From positions 1-57,433 of the forward strand of contig JBFRWD010000074.1 of assembly GCA_051439425.1 (NCBI GenBank): DNA of 57,433 nt, written 5' to 3'. This document shows positions 1 through 10,696 of the stretch, in pieces. Both the position numbers and the translations under genes were made by a program. The notes beneath the pieces are model-generated. The model ran no database searches. It worked only from the letters and a program-made list of their open reading frames with translations, and was not told the DNA's origin. Positions within the stretch are counted from its first letter, which is position 1, and the number at the start of each line of letters is the position of its first letter. This DNA comes from Synechococcus sp. (GTDB lineage: Bacteria > Cyanobacteriota > Cyanobacteriia > Thermostichales > PCC-7336).

Positions 1-10
1 GACTAGTCCC

Positions 11-1735
11 CTAAAACCCACCCGCGACCCCCTCTCCCCTCGGATCTGCAGCCCCCTCTAACCCACCATCCGGCGTCACCACGATCGCCCCAGCATTTCC
101 CCACCCGTCTCTGACTTCTAGCTCGTGGCCGCGATTCTCTAACTCACGCAAAGTATCCGCATCAAAGCCCCATTCCTCTATGCGCACTATGTCGGGCAAC
201 CACTGATGGTGCAGACGAGGGGCTGACACGGCTTCCCCAGCATCCATGCCGTATTCCACAACATTCAGCACAATTTGGAGAACGGTGGTGATGATAGTGC
301 TTCCTCCCGGAGAGCCGGTGGCCAGTCGTAGTTGGCTGGTCCCATCTGGAGAGCTCTCAGTAACGATGGTGGGAGTCATGCTGGATAGCGGTGTTTTCCC
401 AGGGGCGATCGCGTTTGCCTCTCCTCCCACTAACCCAAATAAGTTGGGGACTCCAGGTGCTGCCGCAAAGTCGTCCATTTCGTTATTCAGCAGAATGCCG
501 GTGCCCTCCGCCACCACGGCTGCCCCAAATCCTCCATTCACCGTGAATGTCAGACTGATGGCGTTACGATCGCTATCCACCACCGTTAAGTGGCTGGTGT
601 CTTCCGATTCGCGGATTGCAGCCAATGCTGCTGCGTCTGCAGCAACCACATCGTCTGAATCCCGCGCCGTCTGCATATCGATCTCGATGCGACGCAGATC
701 GGCATAGTCGGGATCGATCAGCTCCCGTAAGGGAACATCGTAAAAGTCGGGATCGCCCAAATGAGTGGCGCGATCGGCATAGGCAATTCGCATGGATTCG
801 ATCGCCAGATGCAAGCTATCGGTATCGTGCCAACCCGCCGCCGCCAAATCGCGATCGCCAATCAGATTCAGAAGCTGCAACAAATGTACGCCACCGGAGG
901 AGGGCGGGGGCATCGAGCAGACAGTGACCTCCCGAAACGGGCCGCAGACCGGGTCTCTCCAGATGGGTTCGTAATTATCTAAATCTTCTAGAGTGATGAG
1001 TCCGTTATTCGCGGCCATATCGGCAGCGATCGCCTCAGCAATATCTCCGTCATAAAACGCTTGGGGATCGGCGGAGATCGCCTCTAGCGTGGCGGCCATG
1101 TCCGGTTGAGCGAGACGGTCTCCGAACGATAGCGGTATGCCCTCGTTGGTAAATGCCTCGATCGCAGCCGGATTTTGAGACAGCACATCCCACCGCCGCT
1201 CCACGGCTCCCACAAAGCGATCGCCGACGGGAAACCCGCTTTGGGCCAGTTCGAGCGCCGGGGTCACCACCTCTGCCCATTCCAAAGCACCGTGGGCCTG
1301 ATGAATTTCGGCCAAACCAGCGACAGTTCCCGGCACTCCTACGGCCAAATGACCGTCCAAGCTGGCTCGCGGCAATACGTCGCCATTACCGTCCAAATAC
1401 ATATCTCGGCTAGCTGCTCGGGGCGCTCGTTCCCGAAAATCGAGGGCTCGAATTTCGCCCGAAGCTGCATCCCAATGCAACAAAAAACCACCACCGCCAA
1501 TCCCGGCAGAGAATGGCTCCACCACAGAGATGGCTAGCGCGGTAGCCACTGCCGCATCGACAGCATTTCCCCCCGCCTCCAGCATGGCCACACCAGCATC
1601 GGTAGCCAACGGATGGGCGGACACCACCATGCCGTTTTCGCTACGGGCAGGTGAGAGGAAGGCAGCGGCACTCTGGGCTGTCCACAGGAAGGCGATCGCA
1701 CTGAAGGCTAACGGTCGAATGATGCCTGCAGTCAT
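11..1735 (-). CDS. ggt: Gamma-glutamyltransferase (secreted, signal peptide)
   Basis: GGNAVDAAVA, DFRERAP, TSHLTVVD autocleavage Thr, LNNEMDDF, PLSSMTP and ADPR motifs; likely start is ATG 1735 (MTAGII, signal-peptide-like), ORF open to 1837. Confidence 0.95.
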   Translation of the reverse strand: MTAGIIRPLAFSAIAFLWTAQSAAAFLSPARSENGMVVSAHPLATDAGVAMLEAGGNAVDAAVATALAISVVEPFSAGIGGGGFLLHWDAASGEIRALDFRERAPRAASRDMYLDGNGDVLPRASLDGHLAVGVPGTVAGLAEIHQAHGALEWAEVVTPALELAQSGFPVGDRFVGAVERRWDVLSQNPAAIEAFTNEGIPLSFGDRLAQPDMAATLEAISADPQAFYDGDIAEAIAADMAANNGLITLEDLDNYEPIWRDPVCGPFREVTVCSMPPPSSGGVHLLQLLNLIGDRDLAAAGWHDTDSLHLAIESMRIAYADRATHLGDPDFYDVPLRELIDPDYADLRRIEIDMQTARDSDDVVAADAAALAAIRESEDTSHLTVVDSDRNAISLTFTVNGGFGAAVVAEGTGILLNNEMDDFAAAPGVPNLFGLVGGEANAIAPGKTPLSSMTPTIVTESSPDGTSQLRLATGSPGGSTIITTVLQIVLNVVEYGMDAGEAVSAPRLHHQWLPDIVRIEEWGFDADTLRELENRGHELEVRDGWGNAGAIVVTPDGGLEGAADPRGEGVAGGF

Positions 1736-1850
1736 GGGGATACCTCGTAGCGTTGCTGGGCACAGGGTATCCCGTCGTGAATGATTTGGCAGCGATTTCC
1801 CTAAACCAGGGCAGCAGATGGGACTGGGTTCGCCCACCGCATGAGTGGGC

Positions 1851-2759
1851 CTACAACCCTAAAACTTCCGATTGAACGCCATTGGTCACGCTGACGCTGC
1901 GAGCATCGATCGATGCCACTCGCCACCCTCCGCCAATCGCTTCACCAACCGCGACTTGACGCATGTTATTGCCTACCATCACCAACGCAATCGGAGCACC
2001 ATCATTGCCATCCATCACACCCACCAACGTCATATCCGGAGCAGGAGGGGGCGCAGGGGCAGGAGCAGGGGGTGGAGCATAGGCGACGGGTGGAGCATAA
2101 GCGACGGGAGACGGAGCCACCGGTACAGGAGCAGGAGCGGTAGCTGCCAAGATGCGATCGACTTCTGCCTGATCGACGTGAATAGTTGGGTCAACTTCGA
2201 TGCTAGCGATCGTCGGATTGGCACCAGCACTGGCTGGATTGGACTGGGTGGCTACAACCAGCTCGGAGGCTGCCGTTGCAGATGTCTCAACGGCATCTTC
2301 TACCACTCCTTCCACAGCATCCGAGACAACATTCGCACTGGCACTGGCGGTATCGGAGAATGAGTTAGAACTCTCGATCGCATTGTTAGCCGTCGACAGA
2401 CTGTTCGCGTCCTTGGCATCGGACGCTTCCGACAGGCTAGAACTGGCCACACCGTGCCCGGATAAGAGTGCCAGTCGCTTGGGCAAGTGAACGTAGCTCC
2501 ACCACAGCACTGTCGCGGACGCTGCCGCCAACCCTCCGACAGCAACTGCAACCCAGGGCACGGCACGGGAGCGCGATCGCTGATTTGACTTTGATGGGTT
2601 CGTTGACGGGCGATCGCCGCCTGTCGAATCTCCATCCTCCTGCGGAAGTGCCGCTTGAGTCGAAAACGAGTCTTCAACGTCTCTAAACAACTCGTCCATC
2701 AACGCATCTGCGTCAGATTCATAATCCTGGACGGATTTGGATGGAGATTTAGACGTCAT
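1851..2759 (-). CDS. Conserved cyanobacterial single-TM protein with low-complexity Ser/Ala/Pro linker and C-terminal GspC/PilP-like beta domain
   Basis: N-terminal DALMDELF motif, one TM helix, PVAYAP repeats, C-terminal LVGVM...VAVGEAIGGGWRV pattern. Confidence 0.6.
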   Translation of the reverse strand: MTSKSPSKSVQDYESDADALMDELFRDVEDSFSTQAALPQEDGDSTGGDRPSTNPSKSNQRSRSRAVPWVAVAVGGLAAASATVLWWSYVHLPKRLALLSGHGVASSSLSEASDAKDANSLSTANNAIESSNSFSDTASASANVVSDAVEGVVEDAVETSATAASELVVATQSNPASAGANPTIASIEVDPTIHVDQAEVDRILAATAPAPVPVAPSPVAYAPPVAYAPPPAPAPAPPPAPDMTLVGVMDGNDGAPIALVMVGNNMRQVAVGEAIGGGWRVASIDARSVSVTNGVQSEVLGL

Positions 2760-2774
2760 GGCGAACAGTCCACA

Positions 2775-3758
2775 CTACAACATGCGGAGCTGCGGGTACT
2801 CGGTTTGCAATTCGAGAGCGGTAAGGGTGTCACCAGCCGCTTGCGGAGTCCACAGCACTTCGAGCGCGACTAACTTGTCGGAGGCAACCGCACCTAGCTG
2901 AACCAAGCAACGACGCAACGATTCCGCTGAATCTACTACAGGTAGTGTACCCTGGGATGATTCATACGCCACCACTAGCGTTACGACGATGTATTCCCCG
3001 CTTTCAGCGAGTAGATCGTCGCGGTTAAATTCTTTGCTGTCTTCTGCGGTCTCGATAGTGGCAACGCTGGCGCTGGCGTCGGTATTTACCAGGGTTTCCA
3101 GACTGAACTTGCTGCGTTCCATCAGCGAAAGCTGGTTAAATCGCTGTTCGGCGCTGTTGAGCCGCATGGTTTCGCTACTGCTGTTTCCGTATACCCAATA
3201 TTCGTTGTGTCGGCTCAGAGTCAGGGTAATTTCCTGCAGGAGCTTGCTGAGGCCGGAGGGACTGTTGGGGTCGGTAGCGCGAGCGAGTTTATCGACCTCT
3301 GTTTGCAAGCTGCGGGCACTGGATAGCATGGCCACCTGCAGTTCGGTGACTTCCACTTTGGGGTTGGCCTCGGCTTGGGATGAATATTCATCACGGGCTG
3401 TACGGAGAGCGCGAATCACAAAACTGCCCACTCCGAAAATCAATAGCAGGGTAAAGATACTGCTACCACCGGTGAGAAACATGGGAAACAGTAGGGGAAA
3501 TCCCAACCCACCGCCGTAGCCCCCGTAATATCCGCCACCATAGTTGCCACGATTTTGGCTGGGGGCACGCCTCGGAGCCGACATTCTAGGACGACTGAAG
3601 CTGCCGCCACCGACCCGACCACCCGTTCGAGCAAACGCGGTGCTGGCGGGGGCTAAGAAAAGAACGATAGCGAATGCGATGGCGATCGCCGATCGCAGCC
3701 ATTTCATCCGGCGAAACTGTGCCCGGCGGGGCTGTGGGGATGGCTTATGGTTCGACAT
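2775..3758 (-). CDS. DUF1517 family membrane protein (FLAP1-like)
   Basis: GGRVGGGSF motif, Gly/Tyr-rich stretch, TM segment, EVLWTPQ and EYPQL C-terminal motifs. Confidence 0.9.
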   Translation of the reverse strand: MSNHKPSPQPRRAQFRRMKWLRSAIAIAFAIVLFLAPASTAFARTGGRVGGGSFSRPRMSAPRRAPSQNRGNYGGGYYGGYGGGLGFPLLFPMFLTGGSSIFTLLLIFGVGSFVIRALRTARDEYSSQAEANPKVEVTELQVAMLSSARSLQTEVDKLARATDPNSPSGLSKLLQEITLTLSRHNEYWVYGNSSSETMRLNSAEQRFNQLSLMERSKFSLETLVNTDASASVATIETAEDSKEFNRDDLLAESGEYIVVTLVVAYESSQGTLPVVDSAESLRRCLVQLGAVASDKLVALEVLWTPQAAGDTLTALELQTEYPQLRML

Positions 3759-3935
3759 TGGCTTGAAAACCCTAAGGTTGGAACGTTTCAGACGATACTT
3801 TCACTTTAATCTCTTGAACCGCTGCCTGTCCGAATAGACAAACGACCGAGCAGGTTGTGCTGCTCCAGATGGACGAGCATCAGAGTCGTGTACCGTCATT
3901 GGCTCATTCTGCACTCGACTAGTATTTTGAGAGTC

Positions 3936-5057
3936 CTAGCCTGTATAGGTTTCGCACAATGCCACTAACACATCGGCGCAAGCAGAAATTGCTCCTAAAT
4001 GGGCGATCTCAAATCCGTGGGTATTTTCAGTCGGGAAACTGAGGCAAGCAGCTTTGGGAACGTGACCGAATTTCATCGCGATCGAGGCATCGCTGCCAAA
4101 CCCTTGCAAAATAGCCAGTTGCAGCGAAATTGCTTTCTCCTGTGCTACCGCTCTGATGGCTGCATTGAATGGCTCATCATACAGTCCGTAGGCATCTTGA
4201 GACAGCAGTACTGGCACCTCGTTGTGCTCGATGGGATATTCGCTCGATACCGGGCAAATCTCCAAGGCAATCATGGCATCAAGCTTGTGTTGCTGGCTGA
4301 AGTATAGAGCTCCTAATGCCCCCACTTCTTCTTTGGCCGAGAAGATCAAATACGTGTCGATCGCCGGTTCCGTTAGCCGAGCAGCGATCGCCAACAAAAT
4401 CGCCACCGATGCCTTGTTATCTAGCGTGTAGCTACCGATAAAGTCACCCAACCGAACTGGAGCTTTGCGGTGTTTGCCCACCACCACTCTGGTTCCAGGG
4501 CGGACTCCAGCATTGTCTAAGTCAGAGGCACTGAGTTTAGTATCCACCCAAGCATCCGACCAGCTGACTGGGCGTTCCTCCTGCTGAGCTTTTTGAGGAG
4601 ATTCGTGAGAGACGTGCCGGGAACCAAAACTCAACACCCCCTGCACCATCTGGCAATCGCCTAAAATATCCATCACCCCTTCGCCATACACCCACGGATA
4701 CGATCCCCCCAAGCGGCGTACAGCAATCTGACCATCCCCTTGGACCTCTTTCACAATGGCCCCAATCTCGTCTTTATGGGCCGTAATGCCCATTGACTTA
4801 GAAGAGTCCCGTCCGGGAATTTTCACCACAAGATTGCTAGAGGAATCTTGCCAAATATTTTCGGCTCTGCTGATGGTGGATAAGCCTGTCAAATACTCCA
4901 AAATCCAGCGATCGACTTCGGATTCCACGCCGCTGGGGGAATGGCACATCACTAGCTGCTGGATGGTGTCAAACCAGGTGTCGATACTGGCGGTGCGATT
5001 GAGAATGGGGAACTCGGGAGCAGGCATTTCACTGCTGTGCAACTCAACGCCACTCAC
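3936..5057 (-). CDS. M42 family metallo-aminopeptidase
   Basis: SPSGVE, AHKDEIG, LDNK, EEVG and NTHGFE metal-binding motifs. Confidence 0.88.
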   Translation of the reverse strand: MSGVELHSSEMPAPEFPILNRTASIDTWFDTIQQLVMCHSPSGVESEVDRWILEYLTGLSTISRAENIWQDSSSNLVVKIPGRDSSKSMGITAHKDEIGAIVKEVQGDGQIAVRRLGGSYPWVYGEGVMDILGDCQMVQGVLSFGSRHVSHESPQKAQQEERPVSWSDAWVDTKLSASDLDNAGVRPGTRVVVGKHRKAPVRLGDFIGSYTLDNKASVAILLAIAARLTEPAIDTYLIFSAKEEVGALGALYFSQQHKLDAMIALEICPVSSEYPIEHNEVPVLLSQDAYGLYDEPFNAAIRAVAQEKAISLQLAILQGFGSDASIAMKFGHVPKAACLSFPTENTHGFEIAHLGAISACADVLVALCETYTG

Positions 5058-5130
5058 CGTATCAAAATCGATTGTGAGGGTGACCAGACAGCATCAGGCC
5101 AAGCATCGCTGCTTGAGTCTGCCCACCTAC

Positions 5131-6525
5131 CTACGCCATCTCAGAAAGAGCGAGTTCAATGCCTTCGCGATCGCCGGCAGACGCGATTGATGCATTCTGC
5201 TGCAACAAGTGGGTCACAATTGCTCGATTAAATTGCTTGAGGGCCGCAATAGCATGGAACCGAACGCCATTATCCTCCACCTGAAGCAGAGAGATCAGTG
5301 GCGGAATGCTCTCAGGCTGACCCAGCCGCCCCAGACTATGGGCGATTGCCCGTAACGCCTCTGCCGATTGCTGAGATAAATCTAAACTAGCCATCCAGTC
5401 CTGCAATGTCCGGCTAGCGGCAGCCATCAAAGAATTGGGTTCGTAGCGCCCTAACCCCCGGATGCATTCCACCAATGTGGCCTCAGCATCGTTTGCCCTG
5501 GCAGACTGCAGGACCTGCTCCAGAGCGGCAATCGCCTCTGGTGTTTCGATCCAAGTAAGCGCCCGCACAGCTTCTACTTTCAACACCTGCGGGGCACAGG
5601 AGTCTCGTAACACCAGGCTGAGTTCGGTCACGGCCGCCCGATTACCAACACGACCCAACACCCGGACTGCGGCAGTAGCTACAGCACTGTTGATATCCAA
5701 CACCAGCGGACGAATAATCCCCACCCAATCTCGCTCGGGATGAGACTTTGCCCACACAGCAATACCCCTCAGAGCCATTTCCCGTACGCGAGCGGAAACG
5801 TCGGTGAGAGCATTCAGCAAGACTTCCAGAGAATCTCGACGGCAGGGCAAACTGCACAGAGCTTCGAGCGCCGCCTCTCGCACCATTGGATCGCGATCGG
5901 TGGCAACTGAAATCAGTGTGGGAATGGTATCGCTAGACCGAATGTAGGCCAGTGCCTGCACTGCCACCCGCCGTTTTTCAGGCATTTCTAGCAGCCGCTG
6001 TAGGGCAGGCAATGCATCGGTACCAAAAGTCGCGAGCGCAGTGGCTGCCGCCGATATCACATCGTCACTAGCGCTGTCATCGCCACCAGGACCGCGATGA
6101 CCAGCAGTTTCACGACCCATTTCAATTCCGTCGTGAATCGCGTTTTCGCCGCCCGAGCGGGAGTAATCCCGATCTAGCAAGCACACTAATGCCGTAGCTA
6201 CATCTGGGTGATTGAACTGTCCCAGCAACCGCGCCAGGAACCACAGCATTTCGGGATCCGCGTCGGGGCGATCGAGCAGATCGAGCAGATCGGGCAGAAC
6301 CGCATCACCATACGATGCCAAACGCTTGCTAGCATCCCAGCGGATTTGGAAATCATCAATCCACAAACTGTCGAGATACCGTGCCCACGGAGACGGAGGC
6401 TGGGAGGAGGGGGTAGACGAAGCACTGGAACTACTACTGTCCGCAGACAGCGCTAAAGGTGAGTACTCGTTTGCTGCGTCCAAACCCGATCCATCTACAT
6501 GCTCTTCCACGAGCGAATTCCCCAA
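5131..6525 (-). CDS. nirB: HEAT-repeat (PBS-lyase-like) protein divergent from nirA, probable NirB
   Basis: Repeated VRxxAxxAL HEAT units; position divergent from nirA matches Anabaena nirB; start codon uncertain. Confidence 0.65.
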   Translation of the reverse strand: MGNSLVEEHVDGSGLDAANEYSPLALSADSSSSSASSTPSSQPPSPWARYLDSLWIDDFQIRWDASKRLASYGDAVLPDLLDLLDRPDADPEMLWFLARLLGQFNHPDVATALVCLLDRDYSRSGGENAIHDGIEMGRETAGHRGPGGDDSASDDVISAAATALATFGTDALPALQRLLEMPEKRRVAVQALAYIRSSDTIPTLISVATDRDPMVREAALEALCSLPCRRDSLEVLLNALTDVSARVREMALRGIAVWAKSHPERDWVGIIRPLVLDINSAVATAAVRVLGRVGNRAAVTELSLVLRDSCAPQVLKVEAVRALTWIETPEAIAALEQVLQSARANDAEATLVECIRGLGRYEPNSLMAAASRTLQDWMASLDLSQQSAEALRAIAHSLGRLGQPESIPPLISLLQVEDNGVRFHAIAALKQFNRAIVTHLLQQNASIASAGDREGIELALSEMA

Positions 6526-6691
6526 GCTGCAAACATTAATTCGACGTTGCTAACTCGACACTTGAGTCCGTACCCAGCGCGATTCGATACCATTAGCTAT
6601 CTCGGTATCAGAGGATAGGTACCTGCAACAAGTATTGCGACCGTACAGTGGCAACCTTCCCATTCAACCCCGAAAGTTTAATAGTCCTTTA

Positions 6692-6704
6692 TGCAAATTT
6701 TGCA
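6692..6704 (+). promoter_or_regulatory. NtcB (LysR) box TGCA-N5-TGCA
   Basis: TGCAAATTTTGCA, a T-N11-A inverted repeat centred about 52 bp upstream of the NtcA box centre, matching the motif known at Synechococcus nirA. Confidence 0.75.
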
Positions 6705-6742
6705 AATCTTGAATGCAGAGAGTCGAACAGACCTTCTGCCTG

Positions 6743-6784
6743 GTATCGCAAGTTACAAAAAGAAGCCGAACTCGTCTCTACCGT
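6743..6784 (+). promoter_or_regulatory. Canonical NtcA-activated promoter of nirA
   Basis: GTA-TCGCAAGT-TAC (6743-6756), 22-nt spacer, then TACCGT (TAN3T -10 box, 6779-6784). Confidence 0.9.
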
Positions 6785-6871
6785 GAGCCTATCTTGGCAA
6801 GTCGAGATGCGGTAATGAACATCGCGTTCTGGCTAGCCGTTCTCTTTCGCCGGTAATTTCCGAGGTATCAC

Positions 6872-8413
6872 GTGGCTCAAGCAGTAGATGCAGCTAAGCC
6901 CAAGCTCAACAAGTTTGAGAAATACAAGGCCGAGAAAGATGGCCTAGCGGTGAAGGACGAACTGGATGAGTTCGCCAAGATCGGCTGGGAGGCCATGGAT
7001 GTCACCGATCGCGAACAGCGGCTCAAATGGTTGGGGATTTTCTTCCGGCCGGTGACCCCTGGTAAGTTCATGCTGCGGTTGAGAACTCCCAACGGGGTAC
7101 TGACCCAAGCTCAACTTGAGGTTTTGGCAGAAGCCATACAGCGGTATGGCGACGATGGCAGTGCAGACGTCACCACTCGCCAGAATATCCAGTTACGCGG
7201 CATTCAAATCGAGGACATACCCGAGATTTTCCGCCGCTTCAAGGCTGTAGGCCTAACCAGCATGCAGTCCGGTATGGACAACGTGCGCAACATCACGGGC
7301 TCTCCGGTGGCAGGCCTAGATGGCGACGAGTTAATCGATACTCGCCCGCTGGTCCAAGCGGTGCAGGACATGATTACCAACTCGGGGGAGGGAAATTACG
7401 ATTTCACCAACCTGCCTCGTAAGTTCAACATTGCGATTGAAGGCAGCCGAGATAACGCGGTTCATGCAGAAATTAATGACATTGCGTTTGTACCTGCTGA
7501 GAAAGACGGCGAGCTGGGCTTTAACGTCCTGGTCGGAGGCTTCTTCTCCGCCCGCCGCTGCGAACCTGCGATTCCTTTAGATGCGTGGGTCCGCCCGATT
7601 GCCGATGAAGTTGTGCCGGTCTGCCGCGCCATTCTAGAAGTGTTCAGAGACAACGGCCCGCGGGCAAATCGACAGAAGTCTCGCCTCATGTGGCTGATCG
7701 AAGAATGGGGCATCGACACCTTCCGCTCTAAAGTCATGGAGCAAATGGGTCAAGATTTACCTCAAGCCGCTCCTGAAGACTTAATCGACTGGGACAAGCG
7801 CGATCATCTTGGCGTGCACGCTCAGCAGCAAGACGGTCTGAGCTTTGTCGGACTGCATGTCCCTGTGGGTCGCTTACAAGCTTCAGATCTGTTCGATCTG
7901 GCTCGCCTATGTTCTGTCTACGGCAGCGGCGAAGTTCGTCTCACCGTCGAACAAAACGTTATTATTCCCGACATCCCCGACACCAAGCTAGAGGCCTTTT
8001 TGAGTGAGCCCCTGCTGGAACGGTTCACGATCGCCCCTGCTCCACTGACACGATCGTTGGTGTCTTGTACGGGAGCACAGTTTTGCAACTTTGCGCTAGT
8101 GGAAACCAAACAGCGTGCCCTAGCGCTTGCAAACGATCTCGAGCAGGAGTTAACCCTGCCTCGTTCCGTTCGGATTCACTGGACGGGATGCCCCAACTCC
8201 TGCGGTCAGGCGCAGGTGGGGGAGATTGGTCTGATGGGCACCAAAGCTCGTAAAGATGGCAAAACCGTCGAGGCGGTAGACATCTTTATGGGTGGCAAGG
8301 TGGGCAAAGATGCCCAGCTGGGCACAAAAGTCCAGAAAGGTGTGCCTTGCGACGAACTCAAAGATGTATTGAGGTCAATTTTGATCGAACAATTCGGTGC
8401 AACTCCTGCGTGA
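6872..8413 (+). CDS. nirA: Ferredoxin-nitrite reductase
   Basis: NLPRKFN motif; CTGAQFC and GCPNSCG siroheme/4Fe-4S cysteines. Confidence 0.97.
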   Translation: MAQAVDAAKPKLNKFEKYKAEKDGLAVKDELDEFAKIGWEAMDVTDREQRLKWLGIFFRPVTPGKFMLRLRTPNGVLTQAQLEVLAEAIQRYGDDGSADVTTRQNIQLRGIQIEDIPEIFRRFKAVGLTSMQSGMDNVRNITGSPVAGLDGDELIDTRPLVQAVQDMITNSGEGNYDFTNLPRKFNIAIEGSRDNAVHAEINDIAFVPAEKDGELGFNVLVGGFFSARRCEPAIPLDAWVRPIADEVVPVCRAILEVFRDNGPRANRQKSRLMWLIEEWGIDTFRSKVMEQMGQDLPQAAPEDLIDWDKRDHLGVHAQQQDGLSFVGLHVPVGRLQASDLFDLARLCSVYGSGEVRLTVEQNVIIPDIPDTKLEAFLSEPLLERFTIAPAPLTRSLVSCTGAQFCNFALVETKQRALALANDLEQELTLPRSVRIHWTGCPNSCGQAQVGEIGLMGTKARKDGKTVEAVDIFMGGKVGKDAQLGTKVQKGVPCDELKDVLRSILIEQFGATPA

Positions 8414-8446
8414 GTTGAGACCTAAATCAACCTTGAGTTTTCCCTT

Positions 8447-8471
8447 GCGGATGTCCGCTTCGGACCTCTGC
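8447..8471 (+). other. Intergenic stem-loop between nirA and nrtP
   Basis: GCGGA-T-GTCCG-CTT-CGGAC-C-TCTGC inverted repeat. Confidence 0.45.
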
Positions 8472-8558
8472 CTCAGACTTAGACTTCGGTAGCTTGTTTT
8501 ATTCAAAAACAACTGCTGAAACCAGCCTGACAACTGTATTGCAAAGTGAAGGTATCAG

Positions 8559-10073
8559 ATGCTAGGTGAGTTGTTTCAGTTGCGAGGCCGATATAAGGTC
8601 TTGCACTTAACTTGGTTTGCCTTCTTCCTGACATTTGTGGTTTGGTTCAACTATCCTCCGTTGGCCACAACCATTCAGGAAGAACTTGGTTTGACTGACG
8701 CCCAACGTGGCATCGTCGGTCTATGTAACGTTGCCCTAACAGTTCCCGCACGTATCATTATCGGGATGCTGTTAGACAAGTACGGTCCTCGTAAGACGTA
8801 TACGGTTCTGCTGCTGTATGCAGCGATCCCCTGTTTGATGTTTGCCTCTGCCAACAGCTTTGAAATGCTGGTGGCTAGCCGTCTACTTCTGGGTATCGTT
8901 GGGGCTGGTTTCGTCATCGGCATTCGCATGGTTGCCGAGTGGTTCCCTCCCAAGGAAATTGGTCTGGCAGAAGGGATTTACGGCGGTTGGGGGAACTTCG
9001 GTTCTGCCGCCTCCGCACTTAGCCTGGTAGCGGTTGCAGGCTTCCTGAGCTTCCTACCTGGCGGTCACGAGTATTCGGTTACGGGGAACGTCCTGCATTG
9101 GAGAGCTGCAATCGCCTTTACCGGTATTTTTGCTGCTCTGTATGGATGCTTCTACTACTTCAACGTTACTGACACACCCGAAGGAAAGGTCTACCAGCAG
9201 CCCGAACGGCACGGTGGTATGGAAGTCACCTCTCGTGGCGACTTCTACTTTCTGTTGCTGATGAACTTGCCTCTGACTGGCGTAATGGGTCTGTTGGCCT
9301 GGCGTTTGAGTCGGGCAGGTCTGTACGGTACCGGCATGATGTACATCATCTGGGCCATTTTGGGGGCCATCTACCTGTTCCAATCCTTCAATGCATGGAA
9401 CGCAAACAAAGGTTTGATGGTAGGTACCAAGCATTATCCTAGTGACGATCGCTACAGCTTCAGCCAAGTGGCGATTCTCGAACTGACTTATATTGTTAAC
9501 TTCGGTTCCGAGCTTGCGGTTGTTACCGTTCTGCCTGTTTTCTTTGAAAAGATCTTCGGCCTTACCCCCTTCTGGGCAGGTGTGATTGCATCTAGCTACG
9601 CATTCATGAACTTGATGTCACGCCCCGGCGGCGGCCTGATTTCTGATTCCATTGGTAGTCGTAAATGGACCATGGCCGTATTAACGGGCGGTATGGGAAT
9701 CGGCTACATGCTGATGGGCTCCCTGACTGGCGGCGGCTTGCTGGTATTCGCTGTGATTCTTACCATGGCGTGCTCCTTCTTCGTACAAGCCGGTGAAGGA
9801 TCTACATTTGCAATCGTGCCGTTGGTCAAGCGTCGTGTCACCGGACAGGTTGCCGGTAATGTGGGTGCTTATGGAAACGTAGGTGCTGTAACCTATCTAA
9901 CCGTATGGACCTTGTTGCCCAAGACGCCCGAAACACTGGCCAGCTCCTTCCAAACCTTCTTCTTCATGTTGGGGATCGGTGCGCTGGTGGTTACCGTTCT
10001 GTGCGCTCTGTTCTTGAAAGAGCCCAAGGGCTCCTTTGCCGAATTCCACGAAGGCGAGGAAATCACTGCTTAA
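8559..10073 (+). CDS. nrtP: NarK-family MFS nitrate/nitrite permease
   Basis: Many TM helices, GGWGNFG and RPGGGLISD nitrate-signature motifs, located between nirA and narB. Confidence 0.93.
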   Translation: MLGELFQLRGRYKVLHLTWFAFFLTFVVWFNYPPLATTIQEELGLTDAQRGIVGLCNVALTVPARIIIGMLLDKYGPRKTYTVLLLYAAIPCLMFASANSFEMLVASRLLLGIVGAGFVIGIRMVAEWFPPKEIGLAEGIYGGWGNFGSAASALSLVAVAGFLSFLPGGHEYSVTGNVLHWRAAIAFTGIFAALYGCFYYFNVTDTPEGKVYQQPERHGGMEVTSRGDFYFLLLMNLPLTGVMGLLAWRLSRAGLYGTGMMYIIWAILGAIYLFQSFNAWNANKGLMVGTKHYPSDDRYSFSQVAILELTYIVNFGSELAVVTVLPVFFEKIFGLTPFWAGVIASSYAFMNLMSRPGGGLISDSIGSRKWTMAVLTGGMGIGYMLMGSLTGGGLLVFAVILTMACSFFVQAGEGSTFAIVPLVKRRVTGQVAGNVGAYGNVGAVTYLTVWTLLPKTPETLASSFQTFFFMLGIGALVVTVLCALFLKEPKGSFAEFHEGEEITA

Positions 10074-10087
10074 TCACGTCTCCAAAT

Positions 10088-10116
10088 CGTTGGGTACTGC
10101 TTTGCTGTGCCCAACG
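10088..10116 (+). terminator. Hairpin after nrtP (possible terminator)
   Basis: CGTTGGG...CCCAACG stem shortly after the stop codon; no clear U-tract. Confidence 0.45.
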
Positions 10117-10682
10117 GCCATTAGAATCGATTGAATTGATTCTTTGGATAAAGTTCATTCACAGGTAAAGATGGCTGCTGGCGAGCAATCGCCGCAGCCT
10201 TTTCCTTAAGATCGCAACAAGATGACAAGAGTAAACATAAATCCGAACGGCTTTGTGGAACCAATGGATTACTTGCATCTAGAATATCTAGGCTTAACAG
10301 ATACCTTTGACAGATATGAGATTGGCGACTATCACGTTGGTAAGTAGGCAATCGGTGGACACTAGACCAGTCGCCACCCGATCGGCAAGCAGATTGGTCG
10401 CCACCCAAAAATTGACAGGCATCGAATGCTAAGACAGCATCAGCAACATTGCCCCTCAAACCACCCAGGCTTGAGCAGGCAACCTCTCGAAGCAGTGCTA
10501 CACATTCCCGCCCGGTATTGATTGATATTGAGTATGAAAAGCGATATTGACATTGATTTGAAAAGAGCCAAGCACTAGATTCGGTGTGCCGAACACAGAT
10601 TTTTCACGCCTACAGAATTGCATTCATCTTTTGCCCAACATTGATAGTGTTCGCGCAGTACCTTATATGGCCACAAGCGCAG

Positions 10683-10696
10683 GTATCGTGAACTAC
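10683..10696 (+). promoter_or_regulatory. NtcA box upstream of narB
   Basis: GTA-TCGTGAAC-TAC perfect consensus ending about 77 nt before the narB ATG. Confidence 0.7.

Noticed and set aside
6605..6618. Second NtcA-like site GTA-N8-TAG for nirB
   Set aside because: Mismatch in the half-site and no -10 box at the expected spacing
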